A DNA stretch of 64,000 nt. Source: a virus. Both the position numbers and the translations under genes were made by a program. A model generated the notes under the pieces. That model did no database searches. It was not told the DNA's origin and was given only the letters and a program-made list of their open reading frames with translations. Positions 34,532 through 42,726 of the stretch are shown here, one piece after another (position 1 is the first letter of the stretch; each line of letters opens with the position of its first letter). The stretch lies in IMG/VR virus record IMGVR_UViG_3300045988_167691; one strand, 5' to 3'.

Positions 34532-35338
34532 TTATAATACCAAAAATTTAAACTGATCGTACACAAGTTTTATCCGTCCTACCGTTTCCTCTATTTCTTT
34601 CTGATACTGTTTCAGACGTGCCCCATACCCTGCATTTTCAGCAGAAGCAGTAGAGTTTATGGATTGTCTAAGTCCGTCTATCTCCAGGTGCATGGACGCA
34701 ATACCCGGAAGATTGAATATCATATCTCCAGCAATATTTAACGGGCCGAATGAAGCGAGCTTACCAACCAGATTTATCAAATCAACCGGCATTTTATCCA
34801 AATCAAATCCGGTTATATACTGAATATCCCAATAGTCCGGTATGTTTGTGTACCGTTGAAATCCTATTTGAGTTGTTATACCTGTAAGAATAACATCGGC
34901 ATTTCCCCTGACCGAACTTGCCCCAGTAGGTACTACACTCATTCTCCGTTTCCCTATCCCGTCCATATCCTTTTCACATGTAAGCCATGCTTGCGGATAA
35001 ATAATCTGCTCCATCTTATTCAACATACCTGTTAGCGCAAGAGGAACTCTTACAGGACAGTTGGTTTGTATGATAGGGAATTGCTGAAAATAATCTGTCC
35101 TGTAATAAGAATGCGTTTCCGATTCAACCAACTGTTTTACAAATTTAAGATTGAAATAGTTCTCAACCTCTCTCTGCGCTGCACTAAGATAAGTTCTAAG
35201 AGCATCATCAGAAAAAGCCGTACCAGTTCCAGCCTGTATAGTGATACCATACAAGTAGTTGTTCCACATTTCGGCTACCGAAATGACCGATCCTGTGTTC
35301 TTTTTATATTTTATTGTAAACGTCAGTTGTCCCGGCAT
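34532..35338 (-). CDS. head-tail connector/adaptor (hypothetical)
   Basis: 268 aa. The call is by position only. Confidence 0.35.
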   Translation of the reverse strand: MPGQLTFTIKYKKNTGSVISVAEMWNNYLYGITIQAGTGTAFSDDALRTYLSAAQREVENYFNLKFVKQLVESETHSYYRTDYFQQFPIIQTNCPVRVPLALTGMLNKMEQIIYPQAWLTCEKDMDGIGKRRMSVVPTGASSVRGNADVILTGITTQIGFQRYTNIPDYWDIQYITGFDLDKMPVDLINLVGKLASFGPLNIAGDMIFNLPGIASMHLEIDGLRQSINSTASAENAGYGARLKQYQKEIEETVGRIKLVYDQFKFLVL

Positions 35339-35344
35339 AACCTT

Positions 35345-35911
35345 TTATTTTTTAGGTAAAGAAATTATCGCATTGATAAGTTCGTCCTTCTGATCTTCTT
35401 CTTTGAATCTTCCTGCCTTTTGCTTAGACATACCATTTTCAATAGCAAGAGTTTTCAAATCTTCGAAAGACATTTTGGACATATCTTCTTTCAAAGAAGC
35501 AATTTCTTCTTCATTATAAGAACTTTCTTCTTTCTCTTTCTCTTCTTCTATTTCTTTTGGCTTTCCACCATTCATCAATCTTTCACACTCTTTTCTCCAA
35601 ACATCAGCAGCTTGTTTCATTTTTTCAATTTGAGCGTTCTTGTCGCTGATAATACCGTTCAAACGTTTGATTTCAAAGTCATACTCATCTTTCAGAACTT
35701 TGATAGTGGCTTCATCATCCTTTTCTCTTTCAGATTTTTCCTTTTCCAAATTCTCTGCATCTTCCAAAGAAGTGATTCCTTTAAAGCCGCCCGTTCTGAT
35801 ATATTCCCAAGTCTCATCCTTTACGGTTGACTTACCGTTCGTAAACTTCACAAGTTCGTCTCCAAATTGGATAACAGTGTTCTTATAGATTGTTGATACG
35901 ATTGTTACCAT
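35345..35911 (-). CDS. Lys/Glu-rich coiled-coil protein (head decoration or accessory)
   Basis: 188 aa directly after the major capsid gene, highly charged and helical. Confidence 0.35.
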   Translation of the reverse strand: MVTIVSTIYKNTVIQFGDELVKFTNGKSTVKDETWEYIRTGGFKGITSLEDAENLEKEKSEREKDDEATIKVLKDEYDFEIKRLNGIISDKNAQIEKMKQAADVWRKECERLMNGGKPKEIEEEKEKEESSYNEEEIASLKEDMSKMSFEDLKTLAIENGMSKQKAGRFKEEDQKDELINAIISLPKK

Positions 35912-35997
35912 ATTTCAAACTTAAATTATTAAGGGAAGGGAAGATGTTGCCAAGAACCCTTTCCTTCCCTCTTGTTTATTTTAATTCCTATGATCTC

Positions 35998-37515
35998 TTA
36001 TGCACCTAAGCCTTCATCACCGATATTGATGACACGACACATCTTAGCGGGCTGATACAAAACCGGAGTGCCGTAGTTCAAAATTGCAAATCTACGAGAC
36101 GGAGCAGTGATTGCAAAGTCGATCTTACGAGTGTCGCCGAACTGCAAGTATTCATTGACCTGACTGTCATTGTAATAAATCAAAGCAGACTTAGTTCCTG
36201 CAATGATACGGTTGCGGTCACGAACTTTAGTTGCAGCAGCACCATCATATCCAGCAGCCAGCATAGAAGCCGGAATAGTAAAGATAGGATAATATTCTGT
36301 CGTGTCTGTCAAAGCAGTTACTTTCTTAGTACGATAAACCACATAAGCGGTAGCCTGATAAGCTCCACCTACACCGGCTGTCCATTGTAAGTCAACTGAC
36401 TGATTAGCTGCAACAGCCAAAGCGGTATCTGTCAATTTAAGCGGAGCAGATTCGCCATAGCGATTCTTTGCAGTTACCAGATAGCCATAAGAACCTGCAT
36501 GTAATGTAAAGTTGGTTCTAGCATCTATAATAACAGCCGATTTTCTTTCACCTGCAACAGGAGTTGCCGGAGCTTTCGGAGAAGTAGCTGTAGCAGTTGC
36601 CTTAATAGGTTTACGAACGTCAAAGAACTTATCGCTCTTAACTGCAACGCTACCAAACTGCGTTACGATATTGTTTACAGACTGACCCATCGTTGCACCT
36701 ACAACACTGTTAGCCATACCGACAACAACACGTTTCGATTCATGGAATTTCTTCACATAGTTGTTAAATACAACCGGAGCGGAAACGATACGGTCGATAT
36801 AACCGTTGTAAACATTTACAACAGCGTCAGCAGCATCTTCTACCAAAGCATCAGTCAAAATGCCACCCTGTGCATCAATAACGGCAGCAGAGCCATAATA
36901 AGCATCCAAAATCTGTTCTGTACTCATACCTTCCGTAGAACCACGATCAGCAGAAGCAACACCCATCATGTGCTGACGGAAAATGCCATCAAATTCTTCT
37001 TCCACACAAGTAGAATCCGCACTCGTCAAGTTAGTGTCAATCAAAGTAAGTAACAGAGTTGTCTTGTTCTGTACCTCACGAGTGTACATGTTCATACCAC
37101 CTGCCAACTTCGCCAACATTGCCGGGTCTGTTACTTGACCTGTCAAGCCCATAAACTTAGCGATAACAGATTTACGAATGTATTGAGTATCGGTTTCTTC
37201 CGGCGTTTCACCTTCGCGGTTGAAGATACCTACATCTTCACCGTATTTGTATAACTGGTTGTACTGGTGAACCGTATTCTCGATTCTCTGTTTCGGCATT
37301 TCATTATAAACGACCAACTGATTCAAACGGTTGGCAAGAACCTTGATGTAAGCATCCAAAGATTCAACTTTCAGACCGCCACCATTGTTAATCTGATCGT
37401 TATATTGCATACCGGTCTGTAAACCAGCTTCCATAGCTTTCAATACGTCAGCAACGTTATTGCTACCTCCAAAAGCTGCCAAATCATTATAATTGTATAA
37501 TTCCATGATTATCAA
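35998..37515 (-). CDS. major capsid protein
   Basis: 505 aa following the protease and scaffold genes in the canonical order. A hairpin (about 35931..35975) follows it. The start may be the second ATG (MELYNY...). Confidence 0.65.
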   Translation of the reverse strand: MIIMELYNYNDLAAFGGSNNVADVLKAMEAGLQTGMQYNDQINNGGGLKVESLDAYIKVLANRLNQLVVYNEMPKQRIENTVHQYNQLYKYGEDVGIFNREGETPEETDTQYIRKSVIAKFMGLTGQVTDPAMLAKLAGGMNMYTREVQNKTTLLLTLIDTNLTSADSTCVEEEFDGIFRQHMMGVASADRGSTEGMSTEQILDAYYGSAAVIDAQGGILTDALVEDAADAVVNVYNGYIDRIVSAPVVFNNYVKKFHESKRVVVGMANSVVGATMGQSVNNIVTQFGSVAVKSDKFFDVRKPIKATATATSPKAPATPVAGERKSAVIIDARTNFTLHAGSYGYLVTAKNRYGESAPLKLTDTALAVAANQSVDLQWTAGVGGAYQATAYVVYRTKKVTALTDTTEYYPIFTIPASMLAAGYDGAAATKVRDRNRIIAGTKSALIYYNDSQVNEYLQFGDTRKIDFAITAPSRRFAILNYGTPVLYQPAKMCRVINIGDEGLGA

Positions 37516-37546
37516 TATTTTATATTATATTCAATCGAATTGTTTC

Positions 37547-38233
37547 TTACTTGTGGAACTTGATATTATACTTTTCGTACATGAACTTCGCCAAGTTCTT
37601 GCCAATAGTTTCGGCTTGCGTATCTGCCAAGAAAGCTAAAGCATCATCGCCAATGGATTTTTCAAGTTCTTCTCCTTCGTTTTCAATAGCCTTATTGATG
37701 GCAGCAGTAACTAAAGGTCGCTGTTTAGTGACAGACAATAAAGTCTTTCCTCCTTCGTCCACTTCCAGTTTCATAGATTTTTCCAAAACGGCAGAAGTCT
37801 GGACACCTTTGAAAGATGGAGTTTGTGCACCAAAAGTTTCCAAAGATTTTTCAATGTTACCAAAACGTTCGTTCATAACCTCTGTCATTCCTTTTACGAT
37901 ATTGGCAGCCAAAGAAGCACCGAAAGATTTCATATCTTCCATAGAGAAAGATTTCTCAACTTTATCTTCTTTTTCCTTGATGTCTTCTTTCAAATCCTTT
38001 ACGTCTTTCTTGTCCTCTTTTTCGTCCTCTTTAAGAGCATCTTCATGCTTCTTATCGTTGCCGATATTTTTTTCTTCCTTCTTTTCGGAATCCTTCATTT
38101 CAGCAACAGTTTTAGACTTCTCAAAAGTTACATCACCTCTTTCCACCATAGAAGCAATATCTTCCGCACTAAAACCAGAGTTTTCGAGTGCCTTGTACAA
38201 CGGATCGTTTTTAAATTCATTCAAGTTTAACAT
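37547..38233 (-). CDS. scaffolding protein
   Basis: 228 aa, very acidic/basic and helical (KDSEKKEEKNIGNDKKHEDALKEDEKEDKKDVKDLKEDIKEKEDK), between the protease and the capsid gene. Confidence 0.6.
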   Translation of the reverse strand: MLNLNEFKNDPLYKALENSGFSAEDIASMVERGDVTFEKSKTVAEMKDSEKKEEKNIGNDKKHEDALKEDEKEDKKDVKDLKEDIKEKEDKVEKSFSMEDMKSFGASLAANIVKGMTEVMNERFGNIEKSLETFGAQTPSFKGVQTSAVLEKSMKLEVDEGGKTLLSVTKQRPLVTAAINKAIENEGEELEKSIGDDALAFLADTQAETIGKNLAKFMYEKYNIKFHK

Positions 38234-38254
38234 AATATACTATCTATTTAAAAA

Positions 38255-38995
38255 TTATTGTCGAACTCTTTCTACAAGTGTATCAAGAACACTTCTATCC
38301 AATCTTCCTTTTTGAACTGATTTGTAAATTTCCCAAAAAGAACCAACATCAAAAGAATGCGACTTTTGGAAATTTACCTTAAAATTGTTATCTATCTGAA
38401 CTATCCCATTTTCGGTACAATACTCAAAAAGGATAGCGGATTTCTGCATTTCCAACAAATCGTTCCCCCTGTTCCCTTTACTTTTCTCAATATCAAGATA
38501 AGTTTTGGTATTAACAGGTGTCATAGTCAACGCTATGTTTGTAATAAGGGCTTTTGTCACTCTTTTTGGATTCCGCTTATCTCTTTCCAAAGCCTTTCCT
38601 TCAACACTCATTCCAGGCTTTCTTGTTGAACCGGATTCCTTCATCTCAATAGCCTTATCCCAAAAGGCGCGAGCTTCTGGTGACTTTTCCCATAATTTAC
38701 CTTTCACAAAAAACTTATTATCTCTCACATAGGCTTCAATAGGCTCGCCTATCCAAAATCTACTTTTATTGATAGGCGATCTTGTCGGCAAATGATCGAG
38801 ATTGAACAATCCTGATTTCAAAAATCTATCATATATAAACCCGGACGGCTCTAATACTTCTTCTTCGTCGTCCTTTGAAGAATCAGAAGCTACGCCAGAA
38901 AAGACCATATTAGAATACGGAGATTCATTTGCAGAATCATCCTTTTTAGCCTTTTCCAAGTCCAAGTCTACATATAATTTGAAACTATCAAACAT
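38255..38995 (-). CDS. prohead serine protease (HK97/S78-like)
   Basis: 246 aa. FSGVASDSSKDDEEEVLEPSGF...LFNLDH...KGKLWEKSPEARAFWDKAIE...PGMSVEG matches the Gy.s......d..ge.i.pgaf...HD...G.l...a..v...i..g...SvG pattern. Confidence 0.65.
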   Translation of the reverse strand: MFDSFKLYVDLDLEKAKKDDSANESPYSNMVFSGVASDSSKDDEEEVLEPSGFIYDRFLKSGLFNLDHLPTRSPINKSRFWIGEPIEAYVRDNKFFVKGKLWEKSPEARAFWDKAIEMKESGSTRKPGMSVEGKALERDKRNPKRVTKALITNIALTMTPVNTKTYLDIEKSKGNRGNDLLEMQKSAILFEYCTENGIVQIDNNFKVNFQKSHSFDVGSFWEIYKSVQKGRLDRSVLDTLVERVRQ

Positions 38996-39122
38996 TCTAT
39001 GATTGTTATATTAAATATAAACGTAATAGCGACACTCAAAAATACTGCAAAAATAGGTATAAATTGCAATAACCCAATATTTTAACTTTTATTAATAATT
39101 ATCACAATCTATACCTTTTGTA

Positions 39123-41120
39123 TTAATGCAACTGTAATCTGTATTTCGATTGTTTGAGTGTGGCAAGAAAATCATCAATCCAACTCACCTCACCATTGTA
39201 TTCGTCCCGTCCGGCAAGTTCCTTTCTAAACTCAACCGTCTTGTCGAAAATCATCTGGCAAATAGCGATAGGATCAGATTCTTCCACCTCGTCACCTTGT
39301 ATTTCTCCATCTTTAAACCGTCCGAATCCTGCTTGACCGGCTTCTGCGATCTTATCTTCAAATTCAGAAACATTTTCTGAAAGATCATCAAGATAAACGT
39401 GCTTCGAGTTATCCTCCTCTCCCCAATGAATGTTTTTAAGGCGCGTTTTAGCTCCTTCCAGAAAATTAAGATAAATGTTAAAAATGCTCTTATCTTTCTT
39501 CTCGGACTTTTCAAGTTCATCTTCCTTTTCTTCCTTAGAAATAGTGTCCTCTTGTGATTTTCTAATATCTTCTGTTTTGGAAACGCCGTTTAATCTGAAT
39601 TTAGTACCAAACTTCCATTCTTGTTCACCGTTATCTTCTGTCTTGATAGTTACAGAAAAGGGTTTGTTCAAATCTGCCACTTTTTGAAAGGTAGCTAAGA
39701 GATCGGCAAACTTATTCCCATGATCTCCATCATTGTCACTAAAAGCAATTTGGAAGTTTCCATAAGTATATTTGTTTGGCTCTTTTTCTTCGTAAACAGT
39801 TCCCTTGAAAGTGATAGCTTTCTCAATTTCTTTTTCATGAGAACAGCCTTCCCCTACTCCATCTTCTGTACGGACGATATTTTTAGTTTCTCCATCCAAA
39901 GATTCACGTTGCAATGTATGTGCATCTTCCGTGTCCATTGTTTTTTCAACTTTCCAATCTTCCGGCAGTTCATCTTCCAAATTAAGCTCTTTTGCACGCT
40001 TCTTGATCCATTTCTTTACATCTTCCTTCGACATAGAGGAACTACCGGACAAACGGATAGCATCTTTCAAATCTTGACGATTTCTAATAGGATATTTCCC
40101 GTTCGGCATTGCCTCGCCTTTCTTTGCTAAATCTTTTCTTTCTTCATGCGTGAAAGAAGTCTTGTTTGCTGATTTTTCCAGTTTTTCAGGATTTTTCTCG
40201 CAATAGGTGGTAAATACTTCCTTTGATATTTTTCCGTCCTTGAATGACTTCATTACAAGTTGAAATTCGTCCAGCACTTCAATACCAAGAATACGCTTGA
40301 TATTATCCTTCATATCAAAAATGAAGTTGTAAAGATCAAGTTCCGTGTAAGGATTGATCCATTCCGACCCTGTTTCCTCTTCCGCATCCACAAGGATATT
40401 AACTGGTGTCTGATCGTCAATATGACACATAAAATAGTGAATCTCTATCCCTTTTCTTTTGGGGATATACTTACCGACAGGAATCAATAAACTTTCCGAC
40501 ATATCAATGCCAGTTTCTTCAAACAGCTCTCTTTTGGCTGCTTGCAAGAAAGTTTCTCCTGGATCAACATGTCCCCCTGGAATGCACCAATCGTTCGATA
40601 CCGCTCCCTTTTCTCCCACACGGTTCAAGATAAGAAGTTTGTCACCTCTAAAAACCAGTACATCGGCAAATTGCACCTTTCCTTGCTTTGCTTTGAACAA
40701 ATCAAAATAAACCGATTTTTTAATCAACCCTTGTTTCCAAAGTTCCCGACATTCAAAAAGGTGACGAATATCTTTTGCCATTTCAGCAAAATCTTCATCG
40801 TTTTCCAGCCTCTCTATCGACTTCTGGATAGAATTTCTTCTATTGTAAACACTCATTAAATCCTTTGATTGCTGTTTCAAGAACTCACTGAAACAACTCT
40901 CTACCTTCATAGCGGCTTCCGCATTGTCGCTACCTCTCAAAGAATCGTATTGAGACTTCTGTAAAGAGTAATTCTCCGCAAGTGAATCTACTTCTTGCTT
41001 TATTTCTCTTTCCTTTTTCAGAAGTCCTTTATACTCATCTATTTTTTCTTTTTGCGTCTGTAATCCAAGTAACGCTTTCAGGTTCAATCCCATATCATTA
41101 AATTTTTGAATTATTGTCAC
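39123..41120 (-). CDS. multidomain head-module protein: coiled-coil + Nudix hydrolase + linker + Dps/ferritin-like C-terminal domain
   Basis: 665 aa. It has a perfect Nudix box, G-HVDPG-E-TFLQAAK-RELFEETGI, at 40506..40574. The C-terminal TRLKNIHWGEEDNSKHVYLDDLSENVSEFEDKIAEAGQAGFG parallels the Dps pattern ...nfHWnvkG..F..lHe.fee.y.....iDeiAERi..lGg, including the His, His and D-x3-E positions. Confidence 0.6.
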   Translation of the reverse strand: MTIIQKFNDMGLNLKALLGLQTQKEKIDEYKGLLKKEREIKQEVDSLAENYSLQKSQYDSLRGSDNAEAAMKVESCFSEFLKQQSKDLMSVYNRRNSIQKSIERLENDEDFAEMAKDIRHLFECRELWKQGLIKKSVYFDLFKAKQGKVQFADVLVFRGDKLLILNRVGEKGAVSNDWCIPGGHVDPGETFLQAAKRELFEETGIDMSESLLIPVGKYIPKRKGIEIHYFMCHIDDQTPVNILVDAEEETGSEWINPYTELDLYNFIFDMKDNIKRILGIEVLDEFQLVMKSFKDGKISKEVFTTYCEKNPEKLEKSANKTSFTHEERKDLAKKGEAMPNGKYPIRNRQDLKDAIRLSGSSSMSKEDVKKWIKKRAKELNLEDELPEDWKVEKTMDTEDAHTLQRESLDGETKNIVRTEDGVGEGCSHEKEIEKAITFKGTVYEEKEPNKYTYGNFQIAFSDNDGDHGNKFADLLATFQKVADLNKPFSVTIKTEDNGEQEWKFGTKFRLNGVSKTEDIRKSQEDTISKEEKEDELEKSEKKDKSIFNIYLNFLEGAKTRLKNIHWGEEDNSKHVYLDDLSENVSEFEDKIAEAGQAGFGRFKDGEIQGDEVEESDPIAICQMIFDKTVEFRKELAGRDEYNGEVSWIDDFLATLKQSKYRLQLH

Positions 41121-41571
41121 AAACTACATCCGGGATGCAGACATTATCTGCAAAAAAGAAGTCCGGCTTATCAAGCTCAAAACTATAAAAATATTGCGAA
41201 ACATTGTCAATAGGTATCTGTATAATATTGGTTACTTTACCCTTACAGCCATTTTTCAACATGATAACATCTCCTGGTCGTATCTTGTTAGCTCTTTTCA
41301 TTTTGTTGCTACACAAAACAAATGAATCTTCTGTTATTCTGTGTAGCGCATCTTCCCGATACCCCTTTTCAAGAGTTTCATCCTCGGTAATATAGCACAC
41401 GTCCAGGATACGGGGAATAGATGATAATTCAAACTGCGTCACTCTAACTACTCTCCTATAGCCAGAAGCGGTTCTTATAACGTCTCCTACTTGAATATCC
41501 TTTATCCATTTAGAGCTATCCACTGTAGGGATATTGATATAACCAGAGTTGAAAATTGTTCTTGTTCTCAT
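41098..41571 (-). CDS. hypothetical protein, possibly a degenerate Hint-like fold
   Basis: 157 aa. It has two ..GDVI..(x)G..(x)V.. segments and a C-terminal FFFADNVCI in place of an intein-type ..vvHN. It has no Cys1. The match is weak. Confidence 0.25.
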   Translation of the reverse strand: MRTRTIFNSGYINIPTVDSSKWIKDIQVGDVIRTASGYRRVVRVTQFELSSIPRILDVCYITEDETLEKGYREDALHRITEDSFVLCSNKMKRANKIRPGDVIMLKNGCKGKVTNIIQIPIDNVSQYFYSFELDKPDFFFADNVCIPDVVCDNNSKI

Positions 41572-42524
41572 TACACTTCGAAATATTTTGTACCTACTGT
41601 AATTTTCACTTTCGACTTCCTTTGAACACGATCTTTATCTTCCACTTTTTTGGGTTCAAAAGACTGTGTTTTATCATCCCATTCATAGCCATCTGGAACA
41701 TATCTTAACAAACAACGGCAGAAAGGGTGAATATTTGTTAAAACAGGCTTCCAATCCTTTGATTTTCTGCCTATATTAGTACCGTTAGCAATCAATTCAG
41801 ACAAATCAAAGATAACAGGTTTAGAACCTATACCATTAGTAGTATAAGCGTTTATACAATAGCGGCACGCTTGTGGCATTGTTTGTTTATATACCTTAGC
41901 ATGGATGCCATGTTCCTTCATTATCATTTGAGCCGTACCTATCTGAAAAATGTTCTCCATTTCGGTGGCGACTATACGCCCCCAGTCACGATTCCATTCA
42001 TCCAATCTATGTCCAAGTGCACTTACTATAGACTGAACAGATTTCCTTTTTATAACCCCTTCTGAAAGTTCTTCTTTAATAGCTGTTTCAACTTCCCTTT
42101 CTCGCTCCGCAACAGCTATTTTCATTTCTTCTTCCGATATGGTGGAAGAAAGAGAATCCTTTATTTTGTTTCCCATTCCTTTTATATAGGAATAAGAGCG
42201 CATAGCAGACGCATTATATTCTGCCTTTTCTCTTGCTGTCAATTGCGGGTATTGTTCTTTCTCGACATATTGTCTCAAATCATCAAAATTAAGCGAAGAA
42301 AGCTGTGCAGGGGAAAGTATGGCTGCTAACCGTCCAAATATGAATGCTTGCCAGTAAGGTGGTATTTTAAGGATTTCTGTCTTTAAGTCAAAATCGAACC
42401 TTTTAAGTACATCTATGTCGTCTGGGGAGAGATAATCTTTTCCCAATACATCGGCAATCACTCGTGCAATACGATAATCAACAATGAAAAACAACTGCTG
42501 TATTTCTTTCGGTGTGAATAACAT
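41571..42524 (-). CDS. head morphogenesis protein (Mu F / SPP1 gp7 family)
   Basis: 317 aa just downstream of the portal gene, with the C-terminal signature CRYC...NIHPFCRCLLRYVP. Confidence 0.65.
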   Translation of the reverse strand: MLFTPKEIQQLFFIVDYRIARVIADVLGKDYLSPDDIDVLKRFDFDLKTEILKIPPYWQAFIFGRLAAILSPAQLSSLNFDDLRQYVEKEQYPQLTAREKAEYNASAMRSYSYIKGMGNKIKDSLSSTISEEEMKIAVAEREREVETAIKEELSEGVIKRKSVQSIVSALGHRLDEWNRDWGRIVATEMENIFQIGTAQMIMKEHGIHAKVYKQTMPQACRYCINAYTTNGIGSKPVIFDLSELIANGTNIGRKSKDWKPVLTNIHPFCRCLLRYVPDGYEWDDKTQSFEPKKVEDKDRVQRKSKVKITVGTKYFEV

Positions 42525-42528
42525 AGAC

Positions 42529-42726
42529 CTACTTTGATTTTTGACTAACCATTTTCTTCGTCAAGTCCATTAACATATTGTTTATCTGTGTCGAGAAAAT
42601 GACCTGCGCCATCCCTTCATAACCTTCTTGTACTTTAGGATAACGCATAGGGTCAACATGATGATGTATATTTGACACCAACGGCATTTTCTCGACTTTT
42701 ATGTTCTTTACATATCGAACGTTCAC
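42529..42726 (-). CDS. hypothetical small protein
   Basis: 65-aa ORF between the portal and MuF-like genes. Confidence 0.35.
   Translation of the reverse strand: MNVRYVKNIKVEKMPLVSNIHHHVDPMRYPKVQEGYEGMAQVIFSTQINNMLMDLTKKMVSQKSK

Noticed and set aside
37551-38315. 254-aa plus-strand ORF, plus a nested 135-aa ORF at 37823..38230, antisense to the scaffold gene
   Set aside because: The sequence is a low-complexity Ser/Phe-rich mirror image of the Lys/Glu-rich scaffold coding strand. It has no promoter context, and the minus-strand gene fits the module order.
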